Shown here in pieces: positions 25,467 through 36,582 of a DNA stretch of 64,000 nt. This stretch comes from Paraspadella gotoi (Eukaryota > Animalia > Chaetognatha): positions 6,461,552 to 6,525,551 of the forward strand of contig CM119269.1 in the NCBI GenBank assembly GCA_051294375.1, written 5' to 3'. The position numbers and the translations under genes were made by a program. The first letter of the stretch is position 1; each line of letters starts with the position of its first letter. Under the pieces are notes generated by a model. That model was not told where the DNA came from, searched no databases, and saw only the letters and a program-made list of their open reading frames with translations.

Positions 25467-28400
25467 TCCCGATCTAACAGCAACTAGATTCAATTGAGGT
25501 TTTTTTTAACGATATTTTAAGAATGTTTCTCAAAGAAATTTTACTTGACCGAGATTCATTACAAAATTTCAGAATTCTAAATCGATTCATGTTAATAACA
25601 TGAATTGTTATCGCTATAGAATAAGCATTAGAGTGGAGCACTGGGGAAGTGGGGAAATGGAACATAGATTTTATTTGAGTGACGTAAGATGGTATGATTA
25701 AAGAGTACAAAAAATATTTTGCTAATATTGTTTGGGGAACAGTATCATTAATTATAATATGTTTATAGTAATATCCTTATAAAAATTAAAGATTCTGATT
25801 CTTCATAAAAAGTTAGATCAAAAATAAAAAATATGTTATTAAAAATTTATGCTTTGTAGTAAAAACGTTTTGGTCATTTTTCGCAGCTTTAACCTAAAAA
25901 AATTATGTAACATAATTTACAAAGTTTTTCAGTTTTTTCCAGTGAATTAAAAACTGTTATTAAAATTTTAAAAAATATGATTTCGAAATTTTATGATTTT
26001 ATAAGGATATTATTATAAAAAAAATTCAATTAATGATACTGTTATGCAAATTTTTTTTGAAAAAGGGCTTAATTATTTTTTATTACATATACAAAGGCAA
26101 TAAAAAAACATTGTTCCATCGCTCAATATTTTCATCACTCCACCCTAATAAGCATATCTAAAAAAAAACAAAAAAACAAACACGGTCTTCTACAACGGAA
26201 TTGTTTGATTAAATAACGTTCGTACTCAGTCTTTTTTCTTTCAGATTAATTAGCTCGTAACTTTCTGCTAACTTTTTGTAATCAGACAACAGAAGAAGAA
26301 TTGTGTAAGTAGATAATGACGTCAAAAGGGCGTATATAAAGAGAAATCTTGATATCAAAGAAAACTAAGACAACTACGATGGAGTTATATTTCAAGTTAA
26401 TTGTTTTGGTGGTAAAAAATGTGTTGCAGATGGTCGACATTGGAACAGATATTCAAACTGCTAAAAATTATGTGACGCATTCAGAGTTTACGCTTAATAT
26501 TATGGGATGGGTCAGTGTCGTCATTACAATGACAAATTGCGTGATATCGTCTGTTTTTGGCTTCATAGCTTTGACCAGAAATAAAGAGATTTATCCTAGG
26601 CTTGTTAAAAAATTATGGATTTGGCGGGTTACAATGATACTGAATTGCTTTGGTTTAAGTGTTTGTCCATTGTCGGTAGATATCTTTTTGGACCGAAATG
26701 GTAAAAGAAAGATCAGGTATTTGTAAAAGATAAGAGGGACTGATAGTCAGACAGACAAAAAGATAGACAGACAGCCATATGGATGGGCAGATGGATGGAC
26801 ATGATTTTTAGCTGGATCTGCTTACTGCAGATTCCGGCTCTATAATCCACTTTGTCATTCCATCGGTCCCACCCTAAAATCTTGTCAGTAAGTCACTTAT
26901 ATTATCTCGGAATATCAAATTATGATAAATTATGCAAAAAAATTGATGTTCGTCCGTATTTTAATTTAATGAACAAAATGGTTACTTATGAATTTTATAA
27001 TTTAAATTTAGGACATGCTAAGCTTACATATTTTCATACAGTATAGCATAATTTTTTACTTGATCTTTTTCAGACAGTCTCACGTTGCCCTGAAAGAGAA
27101 AGTAATCTCAATTCACTTTATGATTCATTGCATCTTTGAGGCTTTTCCTCAACTTATTATTCAATATTATGCGTTGCTCAATTTGTGGACCAGTGGGACA
27201 TCTTATTTGTGTTTAAGTAGTAAAGGAACTGTGTTTTCTTCAAAAAATCGCAATTTGTACAAAATATTACCCAATGGATCTTTGTTTAAAAAATCGCCGA
27301 CAGTAAACTGTTCATGCTGGAAACAAGACCCTGACCTCTATTGTCAATGGCCTTTTCAGGTTTCCGATTTGAAATTATTTTATTTATTTTATTTTGAGAA
27401 TAGCTCATGTTGAGAATAAATCATAGATTTTACAAAATTGGTAAGTGAGTTAAAAAGAGAAGTTTTGTTCATATACATTATACAAACTTTTTTTAATACT
27501 TAAATGATCACTTAAATTTAGTGGTCAATTATACTAGAACCATCATGCTTTTACCAGTGTATTAGAGAAATAAAAAGCACAAGTGAGACAGGAGGGTGAT
27601 AGCCCACTATTCCCAGGTGAGGCTAAGAGTCTCCTCCTTAAAATATCCGTGACAGTTCCCAGCGTGACCAATTCAAGTGAAAACAGTTACTGCTGCTGCT
27701 GCTGCAGGTGTTAATAATCCTATATCAGATAGGTTATGTGCTTGTTTGATAGCTTATTACTTCAACAATTGCAGGGATCCGCTGTTAAGCTAGAATGAAG
27801 AGCATCTTACTTTAGGGCTTAGCATCAGTATAGATATACCAGTATTGTCTTTAAAACTAAGATATAACTGATAAACTTATAATCTAATTTGCTAAGATTT
27901 AAAAGGGAAAGGTATGGTGGACTAAAATCCACCAACCGTTCATCAGCGGCTATTGGTGCCAGAGGCAAGTCATTCGCCTCCCAACCCAAAGGTCCGGGGT
28001 TCTAGCCCAGTGGTCACCTAGCAGTTAAGAGGGACGGGGCGCTTAACCCGCCTGTAACACGGTGTTACAGCCGGATCCGAAGCTCAGGGACTGCTTACAT
28101 TGAACGGTTCTGTCATTAACACATATCAATAATTACTGTCTCTTCAAAGGTTGTCTTTAATAATTTGAAGCCAAATGATATTAAATTAAATATTGTAGTC
28201 TAATTGTATTCTATTGTAGTCTAACCTTGTGTTGTATAGATGCTCCCTCTATTTCCAGAAGACAACACTGACCTCCTCTCCCAAAATGAGTTATTAGATA
28301 TAATAAGCAAATAATATTTTTAAAAAGTAATATATATAATTAAATAATATAGTTTAAATAGTAAAACATTCATAAAATATAAAAATATAAGAAAGTGAAA

Positions 28401-29591
28401 CAAGTAATTTTGCAAATTTTCATATAAAATTAAAAAAATAACAAAATAGAATATTTTTCGGTATTAATTTTTAAACAAAATCTTTATCAAATATAAAACT
28501 TTAATTTGCTCAACATTGAAATTAAATTAGTTTTAGCCCAAATATTTTTAATTAAAGATAAAATAATTTCATAAAAAAAATTAATAGCTAAAAATATGTT
28601 TGGTGTTTGGTGACAGGGGTTGGAGTATATTATATAGTTTTTTTTTAAATTAAGATAAACATTTTTCAGTATGTTCAAAAATGTCATTTTTTACTTTGAG
28701 TTAAAATCTTTGTTAATAATGAAAAAATAGAAGGAGATTTTTTTAAATTTTTTTATTTGAAAATCATACTTTCCATATCGAGCTCGAATTTTTTAATATA
28801 ATCAGCTAGGGAGGTATAGAGTAATCCATATCATATTCTGCAAAGAATTCTAATGAGCTTTGACATTCTAAATAAGATACAAAACATTTTTAGGCGACTT
28901 GAGTCTTGTGTATATTTTTATATCATCTTTGATCGAGGTTTTAATCTTGTCAGTCATATCAAGATACAACTGAATATTAAGGCGTAGTGAAAGTTACATA
29001 TGAAAATTCTAAAAGTCAATTATGAATAACATACCATCAGTGAACAATAATTTGTAAAAAAATTAATTTTATGTTTTTTTTAATTTTTGCAGTAGGCTAT
29101 ATTTATATGAAAATTTGCAAATTACTTGTTTCACTATTTTCTATTTTTATATTTATGAAGGATTTAGTATTTAATATATAGTACTAACCTTATAAAATCG
29201 AAAAATTTCAAAATAGGCTTTTCTTAATTTTGATTGCAGATTTGAATTCCTCATAAAAAGTTGTTAGAAGAAAATATAAATCATTTTTAAAAATTATTTC
29301 ATTAAGTGGGTTAAAAATTAAAATAACTATATTTAATATATAAAACAAGTTTGAGCAAACAATGTCGGATCTGCCTACGATAATTAATTAATTAATTAAT
29401 TAATCGATTAATTAATTAATTAATTATTTTAATATGTAATAATTAATTTTAAATTTATATTCAACTTATCATCATCGATGTCCTTAAAATTGGTTAGGAC
29501 AGTTATTAAATATGTTTTGTTTACATTTTATCAAAACAAACAAATATCCTCTATTTTATTTTATGTCTCCTTCTCTCTCTCTCTCTCTCAC

Positions 29592-29630
<39 letters not shown>

Positions 29631-30154
29631 CTGCAATTGCGACGATCTTTATGCTTTTCAGATTTTTTTTAACTTGCATCATTTTTTCACATTAATTAAT
29701 TAATTAATTCATTAATTAATTAAAACATTTATTAGTAATCATTAATATTAAAGATTCAAGTAAATGTGACTTATGTTTTTTCCATCTAAACTCATTTCCC
29801 CTGGCACAATTCCCGTCAATACTTTATATATTATTATATATTAATAAATATTTAAAAGCTTCAGTGCAACAACCCAATGAACTAATTCAAAAAGTTATAT
29901 TGAAAATCGAGATTAGTAGTAAAAGGAAAAAAAAATTTAAAGAGAACTAGAAAGTTATAAAAGTGTTCAATTTGGCCCGCCTTACTAGATATTAGGCCTT
30001 ACTAGATATATTGCATGTGATTAAACAATGTTATCGAATAATAATTTATCAATTTTATGTATTTTGTAAGTATTTTAAGTATTTTTATTCAGTGAGTAAA
30101 ATAACAACTTTTTATTCGCTAATTTTTATCTCGGACTCTCTCTCTTCTATCTTT

Positions 30155-30190
<36 letters not shown>

Positions 30191-30973
30191 TTGCAATTGC
30201 GACGATCCTTATGCTTTTAGGATTTTTTAACTTGTATCATTTTTCTGCTTCAAGTAAATGTGACTTAGGTTTTTTCCATTTAAACTCATTTCCACTGGCA
30301 CAATTCCGTCAAAACTTTATATCTAGCTTTTCACACACTTTCCTACCCACACACAAAATTTCATTTCAATCCAACCAGCCAATCACGAGTTATTGGAGCT
30401 TTTTGCTAAGGTGGGACGGATGGACGGATTGATTGACTGATTAATTAATTATTGATTAATTAATTGACTAATTGATTAATTAACTGATTAATTTTTTGAC
30501 TTATTAATACATCCTGCATATACATTTAATATAAAAGGAAAAAGAAGCATAATCAATTAGTGAAACAGGTTTTTTGTTTTTTTTCCATTTAAACTCATTT
30601 CCACTCAAAAGATTCCATCGAAACTTGGTTTCCTGTTCAATAATTCCAGGTCAATCGATAATTTAGTGGTAATAAGCTATCTTGGTCAACTTGCATAATT
30701 TAATCAACTTGCATAATTTGGTCAACTGACATAATTTGGTTAACTGACATAATTTGGTCTACTGACATAATTTGGTCAACTGACATAATTTGGTCAACTG
30801 ACATAATTTGATCAATTAAGATAATTTGGTCAACCGGCATAATTTGGTTAACTGGCATAATTTTATCAACTAGCCTAATTTGGTCAACAGGCATAATTTG
30901 GTCAACTTGCAAAACTTGATTAACTTGCAGAATTTGGTCAACTGGCATAATTTGGTCAATTAGCATAATTTGG

Positions 30974-31012
<39 letters not shown>

Positions 31013-34000
31013 GAGAGAGAGAGAGAGAAACTTTAAAAAATTCAAATAAATGTGTCTTTTGGTTTTCTAATTTGAACTCTTTTCCACTCCTACGATTCCA
31101 TCAAAAAATTTTTATCCAGCTTTATCACATACTTTCCTACCCTCACACAAAATTCAATTTCGATTTATCTATCCAATTTTTAATAAACAAATAATTATGA
31201 GTAAATTTAAGTAAAAATACTTCAAGTAAATATGACTTTTGTTTTTTCCATTTTAACTCATTTCCACTCGCACGATTCCATCGAAACTTTATATCCGGCT
31301 CAATCACACACTTTCCTACCATCATACAAAATTTCAAGTCAATTGCACTATCCACTCATGAGCAATTGGCGTTCAAATAGTGAAATATATTTTTTTTTTT
31401 TCCATTTAAACCAATTTCCACTCGCACGATTCCCTCGAAACTTCATATCCATCTCAATCACACAGTTTCCTACCCACACACAAAATTTCATACCAATCCA
31501 TCCATCCAATCACGGGTAATTGGAGTTTTTTGCTAAGGTGGACGGACGGACGACGGACGGACGGACGGACGGACGGACGGACGGACGGACGGACGGACGG
31601 ACGGACGGACGGACACGGACGGACGGACGACAGACAGACGGACGGACGACATCATTTTTTTTGCATAATTTATCATAATTCGATGTTCTGACATGATATA
31701 AGTGTGTGCCCGACAATATTGAGGGGGCGGACCGACGGACCGAAAAATGAGTTATAGAGTGGGATCTGCTGATAAGCAGATCCGACTAAAAATAATTTTT
31801 AGCTTAAAATATAGCTTTTTCTAATTTTTGACCCACTTAATGAAGGAATTTTTCAAAAAGAGTTATATTTCTTTTTATCAACTTTTTATGAGGAATTCAA
31901 ATCTGCAAAAAAATTTTAGAAAAAACTGTTTTAAATTTTAACATTTATTGGTTTAGTACTAGTATAAATATGGCCTACTGCGTAAATTGTAAATTTATTA
32001 TAATTTTTTTTATTACATAAATGTTTATTAGTATAATGTTGTTCGTTCCTCACTTTTATAATTTTAATAAGTTAAATTTAGAAATTTTACTACGCCTTAC
32101 TGAATATGTTACATTGCAAATCTCTTTAAATGTATACATTCTTATTGTTATTACTAATTTCTTTATTATCTGTTAATTTTTTTATTTATCAATGAATTAA
32201 TCTTCTTTAATAATTATATTGTTTCTGGGTCTGGTAGTAGCCAAGTAATTTACATACTTAATGCAGATACTGAAGAGACAGTAATTATTATTATGTGTTA
32301 GTGACAGAACCGTTCAATATAAGCAGTCCCTGAGCTTCAGATCAGGCTGTAACACCGAGTTACAGGCGGGTTAAGCGCTCCGTCCCTGTAAACTGCTAGG
32401 CGACCACCGGGCTAGAACCCCGGACCTTTGGGTTGGGAGGCGAATGACTTGCCTCCGGCACCAACGGCCGCAGATGAACGGTTGGTGGATTTTGGTCCAC
32501 CATAATACTCATATTTCATGCCATCTGGTAAAAGTATTTTTGGGCTTAAAATATAGTAATAACAAATTGAAAATATAGTTGATAACGAAATTAAAACAAT
32601 AAAAGAAAATATATTGCTTTATTTATCTTTAAAAATAAATATAAGCAAAATATTTTGATTCGGAAATTGCCTATCTATCCTAGGCAATTTCAGTAACACT
32701 TTGCTCAGTTAATCAGGCAAAATATTACCTAAGTTCACCCCTTGTCTTAATTTTGTCTTTGTCTTTTGTCTTAATTTTCTTAATGAAGAAAAAATAACAA
32801 GCAACTTAGCGAAGAAGGTCTCTTATGAACCTTAGAACGATTTAATGAACAAAAAACCCCATTTGAGTGCTATCAATGAGGCTTCCTTCAGTCTACACCG
32901 TATTATATAATAATACATCTTTAATATATATATATACATATATAATATATTTAATAATGAAGCTGCAATCAATACAAATATAAATATAATCCATAAACTT
33001 TATCCCCATAATTCCCTCAGGATCCCTTTCAATTAGTTTCCCTGGTTTCTTCCGCCATAAGCGTTGGAAGCTCAGCATCGAGTAACAGGGATTTGTTGTT
33101 GTTAACATCATCGAATTCCCATGAAAATTTTTTTACACATATCCGGAAATTGTTGGACCTGGTGCAATGCTTGGCGGGTTTGGGCGCCTCTGCTTATTTT
33201 ATTATGGTTTACAGCTTTAGATTTTCAGAGGGGTTCATTCTGCTATTACCGATTATTATTTTTAGAGCTTTTCAGACTTATGAAATCAAGGAAACATTTA
33301 AAATTTTTAAAAATGTTTTAAAAATCAATTCTGCTAAAGCAAAAATCTCGGCGAATATTAGATTCAGCATTCTTAGCCTTATGCAATCGGCTTTTACCAG
33401 CTTATTGCTGTTGTCTTTTTTTTTTCTCATCGAAATACAAAAAACTTTGCCCTCGTATTACTTCGAGGCGGGGGTGCCGAAGAATACATGGGGACTCAGT
33501 GGAATCAAGCCAAATCAAGTTAAACTATTATTATTCTCAGTTCACGGTTTCAAGAAAGCTTGGCTTTGCACAAAGATAAGCAGCACTAGTAAAGGGTCCA
33601 TTTGGGAAAGGATCGAGTTGGAGAAATACAGAAACGTGAGTGATGCCGGATGTCGAGATCCAAAGTCAATGGGTCTTCGAATTGGAAGATCTTATAATCT
33701 TAATCTCGGCAACTATGAATTATTCAGACCGAAATATTCCACGTTGCTTCTCATGATCTTGAGCGATCAGATATTAAGTTTCTCTAACATAATTTATTCG
33801 GCTTTTTTAACTAACTCTTTCTTTTCTTTATTGCCGCAAATAATTTCCATGTCCTTCATAATGCTGCTTGTTTCATTATGCCTGAGCCTATCATGTGTAC
33901 ATAAGAATATCGTAATAAAAGAGTTGGAAGGGAAATACGCGTATCGTCCATTTAGTAGCAGTTTAATACCGCCATCTACAAAGTTGCAAATTATGCTTTT

Positions 34001-36582
34001 TAAACATTCATGGCTAATTATCAATATATTTTTATTTTGGTTGGGTATACTTTTAATAAACTTTGGCATGAAAAAGTCTTGCAACTTTAAATACAGTAAC
34101 ATTTTATTAAGTTTTTTTAGTTTATTATTATTAATCAAGGTATTTGAAATTAAAATGTACTTCATAAGGGACATAATTCATTTAACTGATAAACTCTGCT
34201 ATGCAAATATGACAGCCGATAGTTCAACTAAGGCAATCAAAAATATTTATTCCAAAATTTTCACGCTGAAATTTATTTCTGACAATTTTATATTTCTGAC
34301 AATTATCTTGAGTTTTTTTTTCGTAAAAACGTTGTGTAACCTTTCTCATAAGTTGAGGGTGAATACGATCAAGACTAAATTGTATTTCGTTTTATTAGTT
34401 TCAGGTTTTTTTGTCTTATTGTACTTTTGGTTTGAAATATTCTTTCCTTTCGGCACCGTGTCTGAATCGCCTGTGGCAGGATTTCGCCAAGCCATGAGGA
34501 AAAACGCTTTGAAAAAGATATCGTACAAGCACAGCTATCAACTGCATTCTCCAGAATTTGTTGACATATCATGTTTCGGATCGATACTTAGCAGATGTTT
34601 TAGGTATCGGAAACATCAAACCAGTCTAACGAGACGAAACTTCTCTGAAAAAGTAAAAGAAACTACGAAATTAATAATTGGTCGTGACGTTGACAACGTA
34701 GTCTTTTTGCATCTAGTCTTTGTCATCGTTCCGTTAATATTCATATATATGAATTGATTTCAAGAGTTTTTGAATTTTTGACAAAAATGGTGAAACTACC
34801 CAGATATCCAACCAAACAGTGACTTCTTAAATGTTCATATGTCATTAATTTTTTTTTTTTTATTTTGGGCTTGATTTGTTGAGAAATCATGGCAATTTAT
34901 ATTTCTGGTTTTCTTAAAGAAAATGCCCCAAATTCTGAAGTTTATACTGCAATGAAAACTATCCCCTTTTTTGACTAACCTGTTGGCCTACATGTTGACC
35001 CCAAACTGGGTTAATTTTACTTTCGCCAATCGGGGTTAGGGGGGTTTAGGGTTAAAGGTCGTTTAGGGTTAGGGTAGTTAGGGTTAAGAGGGTTTAGGAT
35101 TAGGGTAATTAGGTAATAATTTGAATTAATTTTTTTTTAAAATATAAGTATTTTAAATTGGTTTTCAAAAGAGGCCAAAACTCCGTTGGGCGAAAGTAAA
35201 ATTTTGCCCAAAAACCTACCCGGCAGTCAGAAAAAAACATATTTCTGTAGGAAATAGTCCATGGTGAAACTTTTTACAATTTTTATATAGTCGGGAGCTG
35301 CATAGCAGAAACAAAAAAAATCACCAACTATAAAACTGTCACTATCTCTGCACATTATTTTTTTGGACCGAACTCTTAATGTACATGCATCTGTGAACAG
35401 TGAACAGTGATATCTGAGTAATTTGTCTTTTTTTTGTCCTAGAATTTAGGCGGCATGTTTTATAGAATGTTGGTATGCAGGTAAATAAGTATATTTTGTA
35501 CCACTTTATCTTTAAACCCTGAACTAAATTTTACAAAATAAATGTTTTGTGATAAAAGTAGATTCGTCTTCTTTTTAGTGTTTGAAGTCTCATTGCTGAT
35601 AATTTTAGTCATTAGGATGATAAAATAAAGAAATTGGAGAGACATTAATATTTGTAATGAATTAGTGACAGAACCGTTCAACATGAGCAGTCCCTGAGCT
35701 TCGGATCAGGCGGTAACAGGGGTTACTGGCGGGTTAAGCACCTCGGACCTTTGGGTTGGGAGGCGAATAGATTTGCCTACTGCACCAAAGGCCGGTGATA
35801 AAAGGCTGCTTGATTTTAGTCCACCATAAAATAAAGATTATAAATATATATTATATTGTGGCGGTATATTCACACCGCCTCACGTCCACCATCGTTCAGC
35901 CAATACCATATTCCACATTCCACAGTCCTGAAGACTTTCTTCTGCATTGACAAAGCGAGACCGTCCTCGGGTATAATATAACTTTTCATACAATTGAAAC
36001 ATTCTTTGAAATATTTTCCACTTCATTGATAGGGAAGCCAGGTACTCTGGGAGTGAATAAACGAGACTGTGAGAGAGTCTTGATTGAAAGCTTGCAGGGA
36101 CCTGCTATGTCATTATCTTGTAAGAGTGATTGAGGCCTTAAACCACCAAAGCCTGTCCAAAGTCAGGGGCAAGATAGCTTATTTATTAAATGAATGGATA
36201 ATTTTTATATTGGTTGTACCAATTTCTTAACAATATAAAGATTATTATATTATATATTATATGATAAATACGTACATGAAGAGGTTAATCAAAATTAATT
36301 AAAACTGTCCCACAGGCACTCAATCTCTTGATCAACGCCCACAGTCCACCCGGCGCCCTCGGTGTAGTCAACGGCGTCACCACGTCGCTCTGCATGCTCC
36401 TCGGCGCCTCAGGGCCTCTCGTCATCGGCGCCATTGTCGGCGCCAACGACGCTGTCAATTTGGGCGCCACGCCTACATTCTGGAACTACGGGCTCGTGTT
36501 CATGGTTTTGGGTGCGGGGTACAGCGTCATCGTCGCGGGGCTGCTGCTGTTGCTGCGGAAAAGTAGAAGAGTTATCTCGTGA
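21750..36582 (+). CDS. Major facilitator superfamily transporter (DHA1/ZIFL1-like), 5 exons, about 483 aa
   Basis: Exons 21750-21913, 22476-22787, 23210-23536, 24723-25105, 36316-36582, all GT-AG and phase-consistent (1,1,1,0). MFS motif A 'WGHLSDRFGRRFVLL', 'EEKDVGFLGG', 'GVTVGPMVTGWLA', acidic central loop, C-terminal 'ALGVVNG...GPLVIG'. Exon 1 needs one C removed near 21787-21789 to put ATG 21750 in frame. Confidence 0.88.
23601..24016 (+). mobile_element. Repeat family A, copy 2 (about 1.3 head-to-tail units) in MFS intron 3
   Basis: Unit starts at 23601 and 23926; only a few substitutions versus the 12399 copy. Confidence 0.9.
24437..24585 (+). repeat. Dispersed repeat family B (inverted partner at 35855-35963)
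   Basis: CGGTCTCGCTTTG..GGACTGTG..TGGTATTGGC..ATGGTGGAC..GAATATACCGCCACAA matches the reverse complement of 35855-35963. Confidence 0.75.
25738..26043. mobile_element. AT-rich MITE-like foldback of about 305 bp
   Basis: AACAGTATCATTAATT..TAATATCCTTATAAAA at 25738 is mirrored by TTTTATAAGGATATTA..AATTAATGATACTGTT ending at 26043. Confidence 0.6.
26333..26340 (+). promoter_or_regulatory. Candidate TATA box of the nested XK-related gene
   Basis: TATATAAA about 40 nt upstream of ATG 26379, preceded by TGACGTCA (CRE-like) at about 26317-26324. Confidence 0.45.
26379..34757 (+). CDS. XK-related (Xkr-like) multi-pass membrane protein, 3 exons, about 786 aa, nested in MFS intron 4
   Basis: Exons 26379-26716, 27074-27359, 33021-34757; GT-AG with phases 2 and 0 join into one frame. 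XK-family-like motifs 'VDIGTDIQTAKNY', 'IFEAFPQLIIQYY', 'QLVSLVSSAISV'. Long hydrophobic C-terminal part (554-aa ORF in the track). Confidence 0.8.
26803..26957 (+). mobile_element. 5' fragment of the same HINE family in XK intron 1
   Basis: Reverse complement of about 31640-31793 (GGATCTGCTTA..GCAGAT..CTCTATAA..AATTATGATAAATTATGCAAAAAA..GTCCG). Confidence 0.7.
27913..28146 (+). mobile_element. tRNA-derived SINE-like repeat family C, copy 1
   Basis: A-box-like TGGTGCCAGAGG, B-box-like GGTTCTAGCCC, tRNA-Gly(CCC)-like loop; inverted copies at 32271-32504 and 35662-35828. Confidence 0.75.
29344..31792 (-). mobile_element. Helentron-associated (HINE/DINE-1-like) non-autonomous element
   Basis: Subterminal inverted repeats GTCGGATCTGC (29364) and GCAGATCCGAC (31776); 5' hairpin GGATCTGCT-GATA-AGCAGATCC; (GGAC)n microsatellite 31540-31648; about 150-170-bp core tandem repeats (TTCCATTTAAACTCATTTCCACTCGCACGATTCC..); short 3' hairpin GTTTGAGCAAAC; T-rich flanks. 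Confidence 0.7.
30682..30976. repeat. 18-bp minisatellite (GGTCAACTGACATAATTT)n inside the HINE
   Basis: About 16 units; produces the spurious (VDQIMS)n ORF. Confidence 0.92.
32271..32504 (-). mobile_element. Repeat family C, copy 2
   Basis: Full-length reverse complement of 27913-28146 with scattered substitutions. Confidence 0.8.
35662..35828 (-). mobile_element. Repeat family C, copy 3 (internally deleted)
   Basis: Shares GACAGAACCGTTCAA..AGCAGTCCCTGAGCTTCGGATC and GGACCTTTGGGTTGGGAGGCGAAT..GTCCACCATA. Confidence 0.75.
35855..35963 (-). repeat. Dispersed repeat family B, inverted copy
   Basis: Reverse complement of 24437-24585 with an internal deletion. Confidence 0.75.
35980..36226 (-). 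mobile_element. Repeat family A, inverted partial copy
   Basis: Reverse complement of about the first 245 bp of the unit. Confidence 0.88.

Larger units (their letters stand above)
28981..32096. mobile_element. Non-autonomous DNA transposon (Kolobok-like MITE) with about 300-bp terminal inverted repeats
   Basis: TTAA|GGCGTAGT... at 28981 and ...ACTACGCC|TTAC at 32096; arms 28981-29320 and 31820-32096 align inverted (e.g. TGCAGATTTGAATTCCTCATAAAAAGTTG). Related fragment at about 13320-13460. Confidence 0.6.

Noticed and set aside
30700-30981. (VDQIMS)n ORF resembling an ice-binding or beta-helix protein
   Set aside because: Translation of an 18-bp minisatellite inside a HINE-like element; no splice or start context.
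35033-35112. Interstitial telomeric TTAGGG repeats
   Set aside because: Only a few degenerate units; more likely the interior of a small repeat element.
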